Assembly: GCA_951406725.2 (NCBI GenBank)
Contig: OX597828.1
Span: 70,370,001-70,434,000 of the forward strand
Direction of reading: 5' to 3'
Source: Octopus vulgaris
Taxonomy: Eukaryota
DNA: 64,000 bases
The notes under the pieces are model-generated. The model did no database searches. It was not told where the DNA came from and worked only from the letters and a program-made list of their open reading frames with translations. The position numbers and the translations under genes are program-made. This document shows, piece by piece, positions 13,818 through 29,454 of the stretch (position 1 is the first letter of the stretch; the number at the start of each line of letters is the position of its first letter).

Positions 13818-14238
13818 GGTGGTCATTTTATTTTTTGGCCAAATAAACACATGCACTATTTTTTCTGGGTTTTTTTTTCAATCGTTTTTTACTGTCATTT
13901 TATTATTTTAATGCTAGTCCAGTGTCCAGAAATCCTTTTGTCACACATCTGTGGCCTCTTTAGCAACACTTTCCATTGTTCTGTTCCACCTACTCCATTC
14001 TCAAAGTGTCGCTGAAGAGGTTACAGGTGTGTGATGAAAGATTTCCAGACAATGGACAAGCATTAAAATAATAAAACAACAGTAATAAACAAGTGAAACA
14101 AAAAATAAAAATGCATATGGTGGTGCCCCAGCATGGCCGCGGCCTTCGGGCTAAAACATTTTTAAGGATTTTAAGGATATAGTGCATGTGTTTATTTAGC
14201 AAAAGAAAAAAAAATAATAGGTAAAATGACCATCCCAA
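13818..14238. mobile_element. Long inverted-repeat MITE (foldback)
   Basis: Arms ggtcattttat..aaataaacacatgcacta..tttattattttaatgctagtcca..cctctttagcaacacttt are mirrored on the right; a short SINE tail is inserted in the right arm. Confidence 0.75.
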
Positions 14239-14460
14239 AATACAACAATATATATATATATATATATATAAGAAATAAATAAACTGTGTTTATTCTATTT
14301 ACCTATTTGAATAACATTGTCATTGATATAGGTAATATAAACCAGTAAATTCTTCAGATATTTAATATCCCTTAGGTGTATTTACACCGAGCTTAACTTA
14401 TGTGTGTGTGTGTAACCTATATATACATGCATACCTACATACATACATACATATATATAC

Positions 14461-14521
<61 letters not shown>

Positions 14522-15002
14522 CATGTATATATATATATGTATATATATATAAATTGACATAGCAAATAAAATGTTTGTGGAGGCAGGAATATTTTTTCAA
14601 ATATGTGAATAAAATTTCATTTTCATTAAAAAATACAATCCATTTATTTATGTTTTATTTTTTTTTTCCTTTTACTGAAAATAAAATAACAAAGCTATTT
14701 AGATGTGCTTCTGTGGAAACATGGAAATTATTTCTATCCCCACCACCACCTCATTTTTGATGTCATAAAAATGCAGAATTTGCTTCATTCAACTGAAAAT
14801 TGCATTTTGGAAATTGAGTAAAAGAAAAAATAAAATTACCTTCAAAAAATTATTTCAAAATAACATTAGCCACATTTCTTATATTAGCATTTTTCCTATT
14901 TTGCTTAAGATTTTATTCACACACACACACACACATGCATGCTTACACACACACATACACACACATGCATATTTGTATGTACATATTTATAATGTACATA
15001 CA

Positions 15003-15062
<60 letters not shown>

Positions 15063-15243
15063 AGGTGCATGAATATATATATATAGATAGATAATACACA
15101 CACACGTATACATATGTATGTATATATATATGTATGTATGTATCTCTGTCTCTCTCTCTCAGTATATATGTGTGTGTATGCATATATATATATATATATA
15201 CATACATCTTTAATTTAAATACTTAATTGCATGCATGTGTGTA

Positions 15244-15303
<60 letters not shown>

Positions 15304-15323
15304 CATTTCTATACACATATATC

Positions 15324-15363
<40 letters not shown>

Positions 15364-15435
15364 CATAGATATATGTGTATATATGTAAATATATATACTA
15401 TATATGTATATATATATTGAATATGTATATATACA

Positions 15436-15469
<34 letters not shown>

Positions 15470-15835
15470 TACATATATATATAACGTATTCTCTTACATA
15501 GGCTAAATGATTCCTCATATGTCCTGTCATTGTCAGCAGCATTAAAAATTACACAACCCATATTTTCAAACATTTTGTCCTTTCATCAAATCAGTTGATT
15601 GTAAAGAAACAGTCAAGGTTATCTTTGACGATTTACTTATTGATTTCATTTGACCGATATTTCCTTTGGAATTCACCAGCGTATCTTTCTTTGGTTTCAA
15701 AATTCTTGTGAGTCTTGTGTCATTGTGTTTCTTCCTCGTTGTTGTGTCGCCTTTACATCATTCTGTCTTGGCCAAAATGAACTTCAAATTTTATGAACAA
15801 TAACAATAATAATAATGATAATAATAATAATAATA

Positions 15836-15870
<35 letters not shown>

Positions 15871-15976
15871 AATAATCATTGTGATAATGATAATAATAAT
15901 AATGACAATGATAATGATAATAATAATAATAATAATTATAATAATAATAATGATAATAATAACAATAATAATAATA

Positions 15977-16033
<57 letters not shown>

Positions 16034-16414
16034 CAGCAACAATAGTAATAATAATAATAATTGCTAGTTTCAGTTGTGGGATATTTTATGATATATCAAA
16101 TTGCATAAGTTAATTATTAATTTTTTTTCTATATATATATTTTTTGTTTATATTTTTTTCTTTACCAAATAGCATTTTCATTTCAAACATGATTTTATAA
16201 ATAACAAGCTGACATGCCCCCCACCACTCATCGAGTCTCTCCATAATAAAGTTTTACTTTAGAATTAATGTGTTAAAAAGAACTGAATAAATGTATATAC
16301 ACATATATACACATATATGCACATATATGCATATATATATAAATATATATATATATAAAATACATATATATGTATATATGCATATGTATGTATGTATGTT
16401 TATATATACATATG

Positions 16415-16478
<64 letters not shown>

Positions 16479-16607
16479 TACATATGTATGTATGTTTATA
16501 TGTATGTATGTATATATATGTATTTATATATATATATATACATATATACATATGTATGTATGTTTATACGTATGTATATATGTATATATATATATGTATA
16601 TATATAT

Positions 16608-16655
<48 letters not shown>

Positions 16656-16795
16656 TATGCATGTGCGCATGTGTTTGTGTGTTTATATATATATATGTAT
16701 GCATGAATGTATACAAAAGAAACAAGAAGCTAAATTGAAATCTTACCCACCTCTGTGTGTAAACATGTATGCATAAGTGTGTGTATGTGTGTGTA

Positions 16796-16836
<41 letters not shown>

Positions 16837-17036
16837 GTGCATTTACACATGTATAAGTATGTATATATGTGTGTGTGCATATATGTATATATGTACATGT
16901 GCGTGCATGTGTGTGTGTGTGTGACTGTAACCCTTCTCCCCTCTAGTCAGTTATTCATGTAGTTCTCTATTTTATTACTCAATATTCAACTTAAAGTGTT
17001 GTTTTTTTTTCTCCAACATGTTATTCACATGTACAG

Positions 17037-17086
17037 TTTGACAATGAAACACCTGAACATGGAGAAGCTGCTTAAAAATGCTGTAG
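17037..17086 (+). CDS. Candidate alternative 50-nt exon (LTMKHLNMEKLLKNAV)
   Basis: Pyrimidine tract plus acag acceptor, donor G|gtaata. Open in phase 2 to 1, the same phases as exon 7752-7864. No homology support. Confidence 0.35.
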
Positions 17087-17211
17087 GTAATATAACTGCT
17101 CTACCATTGCCATAATCCATCTCTGTTCACATATGGTCAGCACCATAGCACTAACCCTACCCCCTAGCATGCATTCTCTCTATATCTCTCTCCACCTCTC
17201 TTTCTCTACCT

Positions 17212-17250
<39 letters not shown>

Positions 17251-17551
17251 CTACCTATTTCTCTCTCTCTCTCTCTTTATCCAAGAATTCTATAAACACA
17301 TCTTTAAACCAATCAGAAATTGTGTCTGGTTTCACTGACCACTGTCCACTCTTAGTCCGCTCTATCCAGAATCTTTTAGTGGATATTAAAACCCCTTTTA
17401 ATGTTTCACTTGGTGTCCAGTCTCAACAAATATCTGCACATACAGCACTATCTCTCAGATTCCTTCCTTCCTTTCTTCCTGTCTTCCTTCTCTTATAGAC
17501 TCATCAAGCCTTTGTCTTGTTTAATTACTATTATTATTATTATTATTATTA

Positions 17552-17609
<58 letters not shown>

Positions 17610-18249
17610 TAATATTATTATTATCAAATAATCTTACACAACATAGGGTGTTGAAGAAAGGATTTGTATGAATGCTGCTGCTGTTGTAGTTTCTGTTAAA
17701 TAAAGAATACCTCTCGTTTAGTTCCTTAATTTAACCTTACCTTTAATCCCACCTGTAGATTTCATGAAACAAATACCTGTAATTTATTGGGGTTAACAGT
17801 ATGCACTTGGCAAACATTCGCTATAAGGGAATTGCACCTTGATAAGTAGAGCCCTTGTGTTTCTGTATTTCCCTATGTGTGTCTGTGTGTGTGTCTGTGT
17901 ATTTCACTGTATGCATGTGTGTGTGTGTGTGTGTGTGTGTGCGCAAAAGTCACCCATGGTGATGCTGGATCCTCAAGCTTCCAGTCTGGGACTCTGGTTC
18001 ACTTTTAGCTGAAGCCATAGTTGCTATGCATCTTCAGTTTCTGGTAATAATTAAATTCATTTGTCCTTGACATGCATCACAAAATCTGACCTTCACATAC
18101 GACATGATGTTTGACCTTGACCTACTTCATAATATTCGGTTGACATAATATTTAAACTGTCCTTGACACATTTGTGAATGACAGTTAAATATGTTTGATA
18201 TGGAGCCAAGTAACAGTACATGGGGGCTTATCCTGTGGTGACATGTTAT

Positions 18250-18912
18250 CTGTATATGCTACATGGGGACATGATCTTGATATGCTACATGGAGACATGA
18301 TCTTGATATGCTACATGGACGCATGTCCTTAAAATATGCATCCTGGGGTTATGTTCTTGATATATGCTACATGGGTACATTTTCTTGATATCCATTACAT
18401 GAGGACATGTCCTTGATATATGCTACATGGGGACATGTGCTTGCTATGCTCCATGTGGATATGTTCTTAAAATATACAACATGGGGATAAGTTCTTGACA
18501 TATGCTACATGGATACATTTTCTTGGTATACATTACATGATGACATGTCCCTGATATGCTACATGAGAGACATGTCCTTAAAATATACATCCTGGGGATA
18601 ACTTCTTGATATATACTACATGGGGGACATGTCCTTAAAATATACATCCTCAGGATAAGTTCTTGATGTATGCTACATGGATATATTTTCTTGATATACA
18701 TTACATGAGGACATGTCTTTGATATATGCTACATGGTGCCAACTGATAAATATACATCCTGGGGATAACTTCTTGATATATACTACATGGGGGACATGTC
18801 CTTAAAATATACATCCTCGGGATAAGTTCTTGATGTATGCTACATGGATATATTTTCTTGATATACATTACATGAGGACATGTCTTTGATATATGCTACA
18901 TGGTGCCAATTG
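18250..18912. repeat. Minisatellite (about 25-28-bp unit) with higher-order duplication
   Basis: Unit like tgctacatggggacatgtccttgatata; about 18580-18740 is repeated almost exactly at about 18750-18910. Confidence 0.9.
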
Positions 18913-21129
18913 ATCCTGCCACAAAGATAATGCGAAGTTTCCATTGTTTCTTACATAAGAATGTATGTGTGTGCGTGTGTACATATATGCATGCAAATGC
19001 ATGTATGTATGTGGGTGCATGTCTCTGAGTGTGTGTCACTATTTCTACTCCATTAATTCAAAGCCCTTAGACTTAACAAAAGATATAACATTCTTTGCAT
19101 ATACAATATCCTGACAGTTTTTCTGTGAGATATCTTCCATAATTAATGGTAGAATATTATTCTTCTAACGTGAAATATCTTACGTCTTATTTTTAGAATA
19201 TCATCAATTTTTTTTCATATATATTATATATTGGTTTCAAATTTTGGCACAAGGCCAACAATTTTGAGGAAGTGGGTAAGTCAATTACATCGACCCCAGT
19301 ACTTAACTGGTACTTATTTTATTGACCCCCAAAATGATGAAAGGAAAAGTCGACTTCAGTGAAATTTGAACCTGGAATGTAATGACAAAACTCAGCCCAT
19401 AAAACCTTTTGTCCTGTATGCTAACAATTCTGCCAGCTTGCCACCTTAGCAATAATAATAATAATAATAATCAGCGGTCGTTTAATAATGATGATGATGA
19501 TGATGAATAATGAAATTATTGTGTATAGTGCTGAAGTGCACTATAAATAGATCTTGTATATTAGAATGTGATCAGTTCACTGAGCTATATCATATACACT
19601 TTTAAATAAGCCCTTTACTCCCAGTTGAGCATAGCCATTGAATAACTTTCTTCCATTGTTCTTAACCCTTGGCTGCACCCCTCCTATCTTGTTGGTTTTG
19701 AATTGTCCTCCATGCTTCTCTAACTTTGCTTTTGTTTTAGGTAAGGGTGTTGGGCAATGCAAACCCACTTTTACCTCTGGGAAGATGTGGTCCATATTAG
19801 CCTGGCCCTTGTCCTTTGATAGGACATGAGAAGCCCCTACCATATTTTTGCAGTTCTGCTGGGACAAGAAGTTCGGCAGCCCTGTAGCTCACTGGATCCT
19901 GTCAAACCATCGAACCAATCCCAGCATGGAAAAGGGACATTAAATGATGATGATGATGATGATTCTGGTGGCAGAGCTTCCAGGGTCATTGAGGTACACA
20001 AACCCTCACATCACCACCACAAGGACTGGGCCTTGTCATAGATACATCATATGTAGTGAAATATTATTTTCTAATTATGATATATCTTATATATTAGAAT
20101 GTCATTTGCTTCCTATGATTTATCCTAAGTGGTATAATACTCACAATGATATCGTATATACAAGAATATCATATTTGGTACTAGGAAGAGCATTACACCA
20201 TATAAAAGAACCATGCCAAGGAAGAAACTGGAGCCTGGTACAGTCCTCTGACTTGCTAGTCCCAGTCAAACTGTCTGACCCATGCCAGCATGGAAAAACG
20301 GACGTTAAATGATGATGGTTGTAATGATGAGGATGAGTTTACTGTTATATACCTTATATGGATATTAAATGTTATATATGATATATCATTAGTTTCTTGT
20401 GATATAAGCATACATCTTACATAATCAATAAACTATAATCAATGATTCCTTTCACATCTTTGATATTTCTTCAATCATTTTTAACCCCAGTCTAGTGTCT
20501 TTTATTAATTTTACGTTAGTTTGGAGATTTTGTTGTGAATTGCAGGCATGGGAAGATTGGTGTGTGTGTGTGTGTTTGTGTGTGTGTGTGAAGGAGAGAG
20601 AGAGACAGAGAAAGAGCAAAAGAGTGTGTATGAGTATACATGTATGTGTGTGTATGTAGGTGTGTGTGGTGTGTGTGTGTGTAGGTGTGTAAGTATACAA
20701 GTGTTTGTACCAGAATCAATGTTTCATTGTCTGTAGAATAAGGTATTAATGGCATGAGGTACAGACCTGTTTTAAACTTGATGCATTTCTAAAAGCCATA
20801 CCCTCTTTTAAGGGTCACCATGCACGTCTTCTCAGCTCTAGGGCCTGTTTTAAGACCCCTAAACCCTCAGTTCTATTCTGTCAAGTGCATCCTACATAAC
20901 AAACTGCCTCACCCACCTGCTGGTATTTGAAGACAACCACAATAGGTGTGTCTGGACTAACACTTAAAAGGGATCATATGATACAGAGAGTACCCAGAGT
21001 ACCCTGTTCAGAAATGTAACCAAGGTAACCAAAACCAAATTTTTTTCTTTTCTTTCTTTTGTCTTCATTAGTCATCTTTCATCTATCATCAGTCCCTGTT
21101 ACTCATTTCTCCCAGACACTTGCTGCCAT

Positions 21130-21340
21130 CCCAAGATTTAGCCAGATTTTACTGGATTTAGCTGGATTTAGCAAGTATTTGCCAGATTTTAGCCAGAGTT
21201 AGCTAACATTTACTAGAATTTTCCAGAATTTTCAAAATTTTAACCAGAAGTAGTTACGGTTTATCAGAGGTTGCTAGAGTTTGACAGATTTTGACAGTTT
21301 CATAGAAATAACCAGAGTCAGCCAAAGTTTGCCAGAGATA
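21130..21340. repeat. Degenerate 10-11-bp tandem repeat
   Basis: gatttagcca / gattttagcca variants. Confidence 0.65.
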
Positions 21341-22782
21341 TTTTTAGGTAGAAACTCTATATTATAGATACTTACTGGCACTTGTACTCGTGATGGTGTT
21401 TACCCAAGGTGGACTGAGCTGGCTTTGGCCACTGAATTTACCATGTCCCTCACAAATGCTGACCATATCTGCACAGGTCCTTCAGAAATTTCAGGTTGCT
21501 GTCCAGCATGCTGAAAAACCATCCCTTAGAAGTGAGGCATCCCTTTAGCTTTCGTTAAAGCATGTCTCTAGGACCCCCTTCAAATCACTGCTAAATCTGC
21601 TCCAGTAATTGACTATGATTTGGGCAATAAATCCTCTGCAAGGGTTGACAATCGATGACAAGATGAGCTGTTAAGGGGTCACACTGGTCCTAAGTATGTA
21701 TGTGATTAGGGACCACTTGTGAAATTGTGATCCCACTGACACTCCAAACATATTGTAAATACCTCTTACATACACCCCACAACACATTCCACCCGGCAGT
21801 AATTCTCTTATCCCTCACCCTCTTCACCACTCTTTTCTTTAAACATATTCACAACAATTTTCATACATTCCAACTGTATTTTCTCAGCCACATTTCATTA
21901 ACAATATTTCATATTTTATAAGGTGGCAGAATCGTTAGCACACCAGGTGAAATGCTTAGCAGCACTTTGTCTGTCTTTACGTTCTGAGTTCAAATTCCGC
22001 TGAGGTCGACTTTGCCTTTCATCCTTTCGGGGTTGATAAATTAAATACTAGTTGCATACTGGGATCGATCTAATCAACTGGCCCCCTCTTCCAAACATTG
22101 CAGGCCTTGTGCCTAGCATAGAAAAAACATATCTCATATTTTATTGAAGGTTTTTAAATTTGCTTAAATCTCCCTCTGATCACCTGGGTAACCTCCTACT
22201 CACCAATTCACCCAGTTATCCATCCTCACAACCATTTCTTCCCAACATTCATTGATCCAGCCATTCATCCATTCAACCATCCAACCACTCTCCTACCCAT
22301 TCAACTACCTACCCACCCACCCATCTTTCTCCTCCATCCATTCATCCAGCCATTCAACCATCATTTCCACTCATCTTTACACCCATTCATTCTCCCCACT
22401 GAGCTCCATCCTACCTACCTACCTACCTACCCCACCCATCTTTCACGCCTCACCTTTTCTCTCTCCCTCTCTTCTATAAGCTGACTAATTAAAATACACT
22501 TAATGGTATATATGCGTACTTAATTGCCATGTACACTTCATACATGTGCATTGCTTTCATGTAGCAGTTAATGTAGCACTTGTCCACATGTGAACAGATT
22601 ATAGTTAAAGTGGCATGCTTCCATCAGCAATGTTTTCTTCTCTCTCTCTCACTCTCACTCTCTCTCTCTCTCTCTCTCTCTTTCTATCTATCTATCTATC
22701 TATTTCTATATCTATCCTCTTTTTATCTTTACCTATTTCTAGATTGTTCCGTGTGTATGTGTGTGTGTATGTGTATCTATAC

Positions 22783-22843
<61 letters not shown>

Positions 22844-22958
22844 CATATACACACACATATATATATATATATATGTGTATATATATGTATATATATACAT
22901 ATATATATATAGTGCGTATGTGTGTTTGTATGTATGTATATATATATATATATATATT

Positions 22959-22995
<37 letters not shown>

Positions 22996-23612
22996 ATGTA
23001 TGTACATATGTATGTATGCATGTTTGTATGTATATATGTATATATATACATGCAATCAATTTATCTTTCACATTTCCTTTAAATGCAAAGCATCATTCTT
23101 TTCGTGTAACTTAAAGACCACTTAAAAAATATAAAAAAATAGAAATATAAAAAAAAGCATAAAAAAACAACAAAAACACCAACAGTCCCCCCCCCTCCTT
23201 CTGATAATGTTGACTAAACTTAATATTTCTCCCTTTCCATCCTCAAAATATATAAAGAATAAAATTTGTAATTAACCTTCACAAATGAACTAATTAGGAT
23301 TTAACTTGATATCAAAAATATTGCAGGAAGCTGAAAATGAAAAAAATTAGTAATTGATTATTAATTTAATAATTGACTAATTAATTACTGCTGCCCCAGA
23401 ATAAATTGGTTGCTGCTACCATTTCATGGGATCCTGAAGAATTTGGAAAAACTCACTGAATTGGTGTTAAGTAATTTAAAGTGAAATGTATACACATACA
23501 GACACATGTAGACATATATACATGTATGTATGTATGTATGTATGTATGTATGTATGTATGTATGTATGTATGTATGTATGTATGTATGTATGTATGTATG
23601 TATATATATGTA

Positions 23613-23656
<44 letters not shown>

Positions 23657-23704
23657 TATATATATATATGTGTATATATATATATATATATGTGTGTATA
23701 TATT

Positions 23705-23737
<33 letters not shown>

Positions 23738-23988
23738 ATATGTATGTATGTATATTCTGGATGTTTGATGTTGACATAAACTCTCTCTCTCTTTGTTACT
23801 CCCTCTCTTGGACAAAGCAGCGCCATAGACGGCTGATTGCAAATGGAGAATTTCTAACTTAACATGTGTATAAACAAAGTAGGCTATACATATGTATATA
23901 CGTAGATACATATGTATGTATATATATATGTGTATGTGTGTGTATATATATCTATATGAGTGTGTATATATATATGTATGTATATATG

Positions 23989-24036
<48 letters not shown>

Positions 24037-24258
24037 CACATGTGTATGTATATATGTATACATGTGTATCTATCTATCTATATCTATATTTATATATATA
24101 TATATATATATACACGCACACAAAATAATGTAATATATATATATAAACATATACATAAAAACTTACAAATATATATATATATACTTATAGATATATAAAT
24201 CTATTTGTGAGAGTGTGTGTGTAAATATATTTTTATGTGTGTATGTTTGTATGTATAA

Positions 24259-24334
<76 letters not shown>

Positions 24335-24662
24335 AGTATGTAGAATGCTTACATAGCTAATCACAGGTATATATTTAAGCTGTTTATCAGTTCATTGATA
24401 GAGTTGAATAACGTAAAGATCACAGCATCGTTAATTGATGGCGATTCAGTTTCACAAACGGACCGAATAACCTTGATGCCGGACCCAAACACACCTAAAC
24501 CCTGGTTTCTTAATTGTCATATCGCATATCACATCACACTCCTCCTCGCATTTGCTCTTACTCCTCCCTCTGTCTCTCACTTGCTATCTGTCAGAAATTT
24601 GTGTGTATATATGTGTATATATATGCACACATATACATATGCATGTATATACTGTATGTATG

Positions 24663-24704
<42 letters not shown>

Positions 24705-24875
24705 CACATATATATATATATAAGCATATACATCTATATATATATATGTATATATGTGTAAGCGTATCTGCGTTTTATAATTTCTTTCACAGTTGTATTG
24801 TCAAAGCGGTAAAAACTATCACAAAAGCAAAATTTAAGGGCTCTATTCCCACAGGTGCTAAATGACCCCTTTTTA

Positions 24876-24916
<41 letters not shown>

Positions 24917-25181
24917 TCCCTTTTATATTCTAAAATAACCCATGCCATTATGGTGAGGTATGCAATTATAGTAATGATGATGATGATGATGATTTAGTGC
25001 AACTTATTATCATTGTATTTTAGTAGAAGAAAGATCTCATTGTAATAACAACAATAAGCCTAATAAGATATATAAGTGTGTGTATATGTGTGTGTATCTC
25101 TATCCCTCTCTCTTTCTCTCTCTATCTGTCTATTAATTTTATCTATGTATCTATCTGTCTGTCTGTCTGTCTGTATATCTC

Positions 25182-25222
<41 letters not shown>

Positions 25223-25245
25223 ATATATATATATATATATATATA

Positions 25246-25290
<45 letters not shown>

Positions 25291-25432
25291 AAAGAGAGAT
25301 AGATAGATAGATGATATAAATAATTTTATATATATTATATTATATTATCTATCTATCTTTTTATTTTTCTTTCTTTCTTTCATTCTTTTGTTCTATATAT
25401 TTATCTGTCTATCTACCAATTTATCTACCTGT

Positions 25433-25528
<96 letters not shown>

Positions 25529-25896
25529 ACATATATATATGCGATATCCACACATACATTTATATAATTTATATACATGTATGTACGTGTTTATATATAT
25601 ATACGTATTTATATATATACCTATTAATATATATACGTATATGTGCATATATATGTATGTGTGTGTAAGTGTGTGTATGTGTGTATAAATGCATATATGT
25701 ATTTGCGTGCGTGTATATACATAAACATAGACACACACACACATATGCACAGTTATACTCAACAATAACATTTAGCGATATAGGATAATATTTATGCAAT
25801 GCTAGAGTTGGTATTGTAATAATAACAATGATGATGATAATAATGATGATGATGACGACGATGACAATGATGATGATGATGTGATTGGCTCCCCAA

Positions 25897-25929
<33 letters not shown>

Positions 25930-25951
25930 CATTATTATCATTATTATCATT

Positions 25952-26240
25952 AGAAAGAGTACATCGACAGGCATGGCAGAGTTTGGACTTACACTGGAGG
26001 TTATGCTTTCATTATGGAATCGGAACAGAGAAAGTGATGGCATAAGCACATGCCAGGGAAGCTCTCCAAGAAGCGCAAAGCCAAAATTCTTCCTCTGAGA
26101 TCTGCCAATATTTTACGAGACAAGAAATCAAGACTAAATAATCAGATTGTCAACTGTCTCTGGAAGAAATGGAGAAATTACCGAGATATTAAGATCTGGA
26201 AATAAAGATAACCAGAATGAGGGAATTGAAAACAGAAAGG
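25952..26240 (+). mobile_element. R4/Dong-type LINE fragment
   Basis: KEYIDRH.RV and Y.DLEIKITRM motifs after a TTA/TCA tract. Confidence 0.6.
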
Positions 26241-26480
26241 TTTCTTGTAAAAAGGGGTTTCAAATTTTGGCACAAGGTGAGATATTTCTGGGAAGGGGAT
26301 AAGTCAATTACATCGACTTCAGAACTCTGTTGGGACATATTTTATTGACCCCCCAAATGATGAAAGACAGAGTCAACCTTGGCAGAATTTGAACTCAGAA
26401 TGCTAAGATGGACAAAGTTCCACTAAGCATTTTACCCAGTGTGCAAGGGATTCTGCCTTCTTGCTGCTCTCATGATACCT

Positions 26481-26558
<78 letters not shown>

Positions 26559-26802
26559 GTGATAATAATGATAATAATCCCTTCTACTACAGGCACAAGG
26601 CATGAAATTTTGGGGGAGGGTGCCAGTTGATTAGATTGACCTCAGTATGCAACTGGTACCTAATTTATCGACCTGGGAGGATGAAAGGCAAAGTCGATCT
26701 TGGCCGAATTTGAACTCGGAATGTAAAGACAGACGAAATACTACTAAACATTTTGTCCTATGTGCTAACGTTTCTGCCAGCTAGCTGCCTTAATAATAAT
26801 AA

Positions 26803-27109
26803 TTATGGAGACCTGAGAATTGAGATTGTTAAGATGTGGCAGCTACGAGAGTCAAACATAAAGGTTATCCCTATTGTCATCGGAGCATTGGATTCAATAC
26901 CACCCAGTCTGAAAAAACATCTGAAAACCTTAGAAATACTCTACAACCTAAATTTATTGTAAAAGTCGGCATTACATGGAACTGCACGCATATTGCATAA
27001 AGTACCGTCTGTCTGTGGTCCTTGTTGTGACTTGACAAACAGTGCAAAAACCCAGTAGACACAATATCTTCAATCAATAACCCCATGATACTGTATACTG
27101 TGCAACATC

Positions 27110-27110
<1 letters not shown>
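26803..27110 (+). mobile_element. R4/Dong-type LINE 3' end
   Basis: YGDLRIEIVKMWQL...KVIPIVIGALDSIP; flanked by (TAA)n. Confidence 0.8.
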
Positions 27111-27153
<43 letters not shown>

Positions 27154-28077
27154 TGATAATAATCCTTTCTAGAATAGGCACAAGGCCTGAAATTTGGGGT
27201 AAGGGATCTAGTTGATTTCGTCAGCCATGCTAAGGATATTGCCTGCCTGTCACTTGTCACCATGAGACATAAGTCTTAAACACATCTGGTCAGTTTCCCT
27301 CTCTCTCTCTCTCTCCTTTTACTCTTTCTAATGGTCAGTGGTTTCACCCACCTCTCTACTCTTCAACATCACCATCAACATCATCATTATCACCATTATC
27401 AGCGTCATAGTTATTGTAATCATCAACATGATTACCACCACCATCATCATCATCATCACCATCATCATCAGCACCATCACCATCTTCATCATCATCATCA
27501 CCACCGCCACCATCACCACCATCATTATCATCATCACCATCACCATTGTCATCATCATCACCACCACCACCATCATCATTATCATCGTCGTCCTACTGAA
27601 ATCTTTCTCCCACCTTTGCACCCCGTCCCCCACCCCATCATGTACTCCTGCTAAATAAACGGCAAGTACACATCTCAGTGTTTATCCAGATTGCAGCTGC
27701 TTTCCTTTAAACTTGTTCTACATCAGTGACTGGTCTTCCTGCCCGTGGCTCACATGCAAACACCTCCACCCCTTACTTCCTACCACTTCCCATCCACAAC
27801 CACACACACACACACAACCACACACACACACACACATACACATTGATACTTATAATACTAAGTTTATTCAAGGTACAAATACTATTAACCAAAACCATGT
27901 CAGGGTGGCTACGGTTAATAATATAAGTATAAAAAGCTATAATGCCACCTTCTCAAAGCCAACTGTAGAAATACGTAGTTTATTCCACATTTATAAATGC
28001 TATTTTGATACTATTTTAGTAAAAAATATGTTCTAAATTCCTTCCGTAAATGTAATGAAAAATTATATATATAGACT

Positions 28078-28465
28078 CAGGGGTGGCTGTGTGGTAGGGA
28101 ATTTATTTCCCAACTACATGGTTCTGGGTTCAGTTCCACTGTATGCCACTTTGGGCAAGTGTCTTCTACTATCGGCTCAGGATGACTGAGGCCTTGTGAG
28201 TGGAGTTTGTAAATGGAAGCTGAAAGAAGCTTGTCATATGTGTGTGTTTGTGTGTTTGTCTTTGTGTTTGTGTTTGTCCTCCACCATCGCTTGTCAACTG
28301 GTGTTGGTGTACTTACATCCCTGCAACTTAGCGGCTCAGCAAAAGAGACTGAAAGAATAAGTACCAGGCTTTAAATCAGAAAAAATGGTATTCATTCAAC
28401 TACAAAATTTTTTAAGTTGGTGCCCCAGCATGGCCACAGTCTAATGACTGAGAAAAGTAAAAGAT
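28078..28465 (+). mobile_element. SINE family B
   Basis: Colinear with the reverse complement of 63510-63990. Confidence 0.82.
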
Positions 28466-29454
28466 AAAGAATATGTGTGTCGGTGTGTGTACATATATAT
28501 CATTATCACCATCATCATCATCATCATTATTTAAAGATCTGTATTCCATGCGTTGGACAGTTTGACAGGATTTGACACGTCCAAGGACTGTGACATGCTG
28601 CTGTGTCAGCTTTGACATGGTTTCTACAGCTGAATACCTGTCCTAAAGCCAACTACTTCACAGACTGGACTGGGTGGGGGGGGGCTTCTTTCATGCCACC
28701 ACTACTATTGAACTCACCATGTAGCTCACAAGACTGAGAAGAGCTTTAAAGTGTGTGTGTGTGTGTGTGCGTGCGCATGTGTGTGTGCGCATGTGTGTGT
28801 GCGCATGTGTGTGTATGTGTACATGTGTATGCATGTATGATTATATGTGTATACATCATCTTCATCATCATCCTCATCGTTTACCGTCCGCTTTCCATGC
28901 TAGCATGGGTTGGACGATTCAACTGGAGTCTGGGAAGCCAGGAGGCTGCACCAAGCCCATTCTGATCTGGCAGTGTTTCTACAGCTGGATGCCCTTCCTA
29001 ATACCAACCACTCCGTGAGTGTAGTGGGTGCTATTTACGTGCCACCGGCACAGGTGCCAGGCAAGGCTGGCAATGGCCACGATTGGTTGGTGCTTTTTAC
29101 GTGCCACCAGCATATATGTGTGTGTGTGTGTGTGTGTATGTATACGGACAAATCTGCATCATGCAATGCAGAGTAGATAAACAAAAAACTTTAAACAGTC
29201 AAATCGAAGGATATTAAGTAAAAGCCTGAAGAAACTACACCAGTAATATAGTAGGGGTGCATTTGCAATGGTTACCAATTGGTGCAGTTGAAACGTGTGT
29301 TGGTCTACGTAAAGCTGAATATATATCAAAAGAATTAAAGGTGATGCTATGCAAATTCATAATGATCCTTATTATTAATATTGTTCAGGTATATATGAGT
29401 GGGTTTACTGAGAAGCTCATGTTTGTGGACAACCCCCAAATACCCCTTCCTCAC

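Noticed and set aside
14010-14050. CTGAAGA...GAAA hammerhead-like words
   Set aside because: Stems do not pair; the words lie in a MITE arm.
18009-18043. Possible 35-nt exon (ttttag...gtaata)
   Set aside because: The only open reading is phase 1 to 0, which does not fit the next exon's phase 1; no homology.
18250-18912. CRISPR-like periodic repeat
   Set aside because: No unique spacers, no cas genes, eukaryotic context; it is a minisatellite.
19590-21720. Possible minus-strand LINE remnants (19590-19830, 20780-21000, 21350-21720)
   Set aside because: Complex sequence, but no motif I can identify with confidence without a search.
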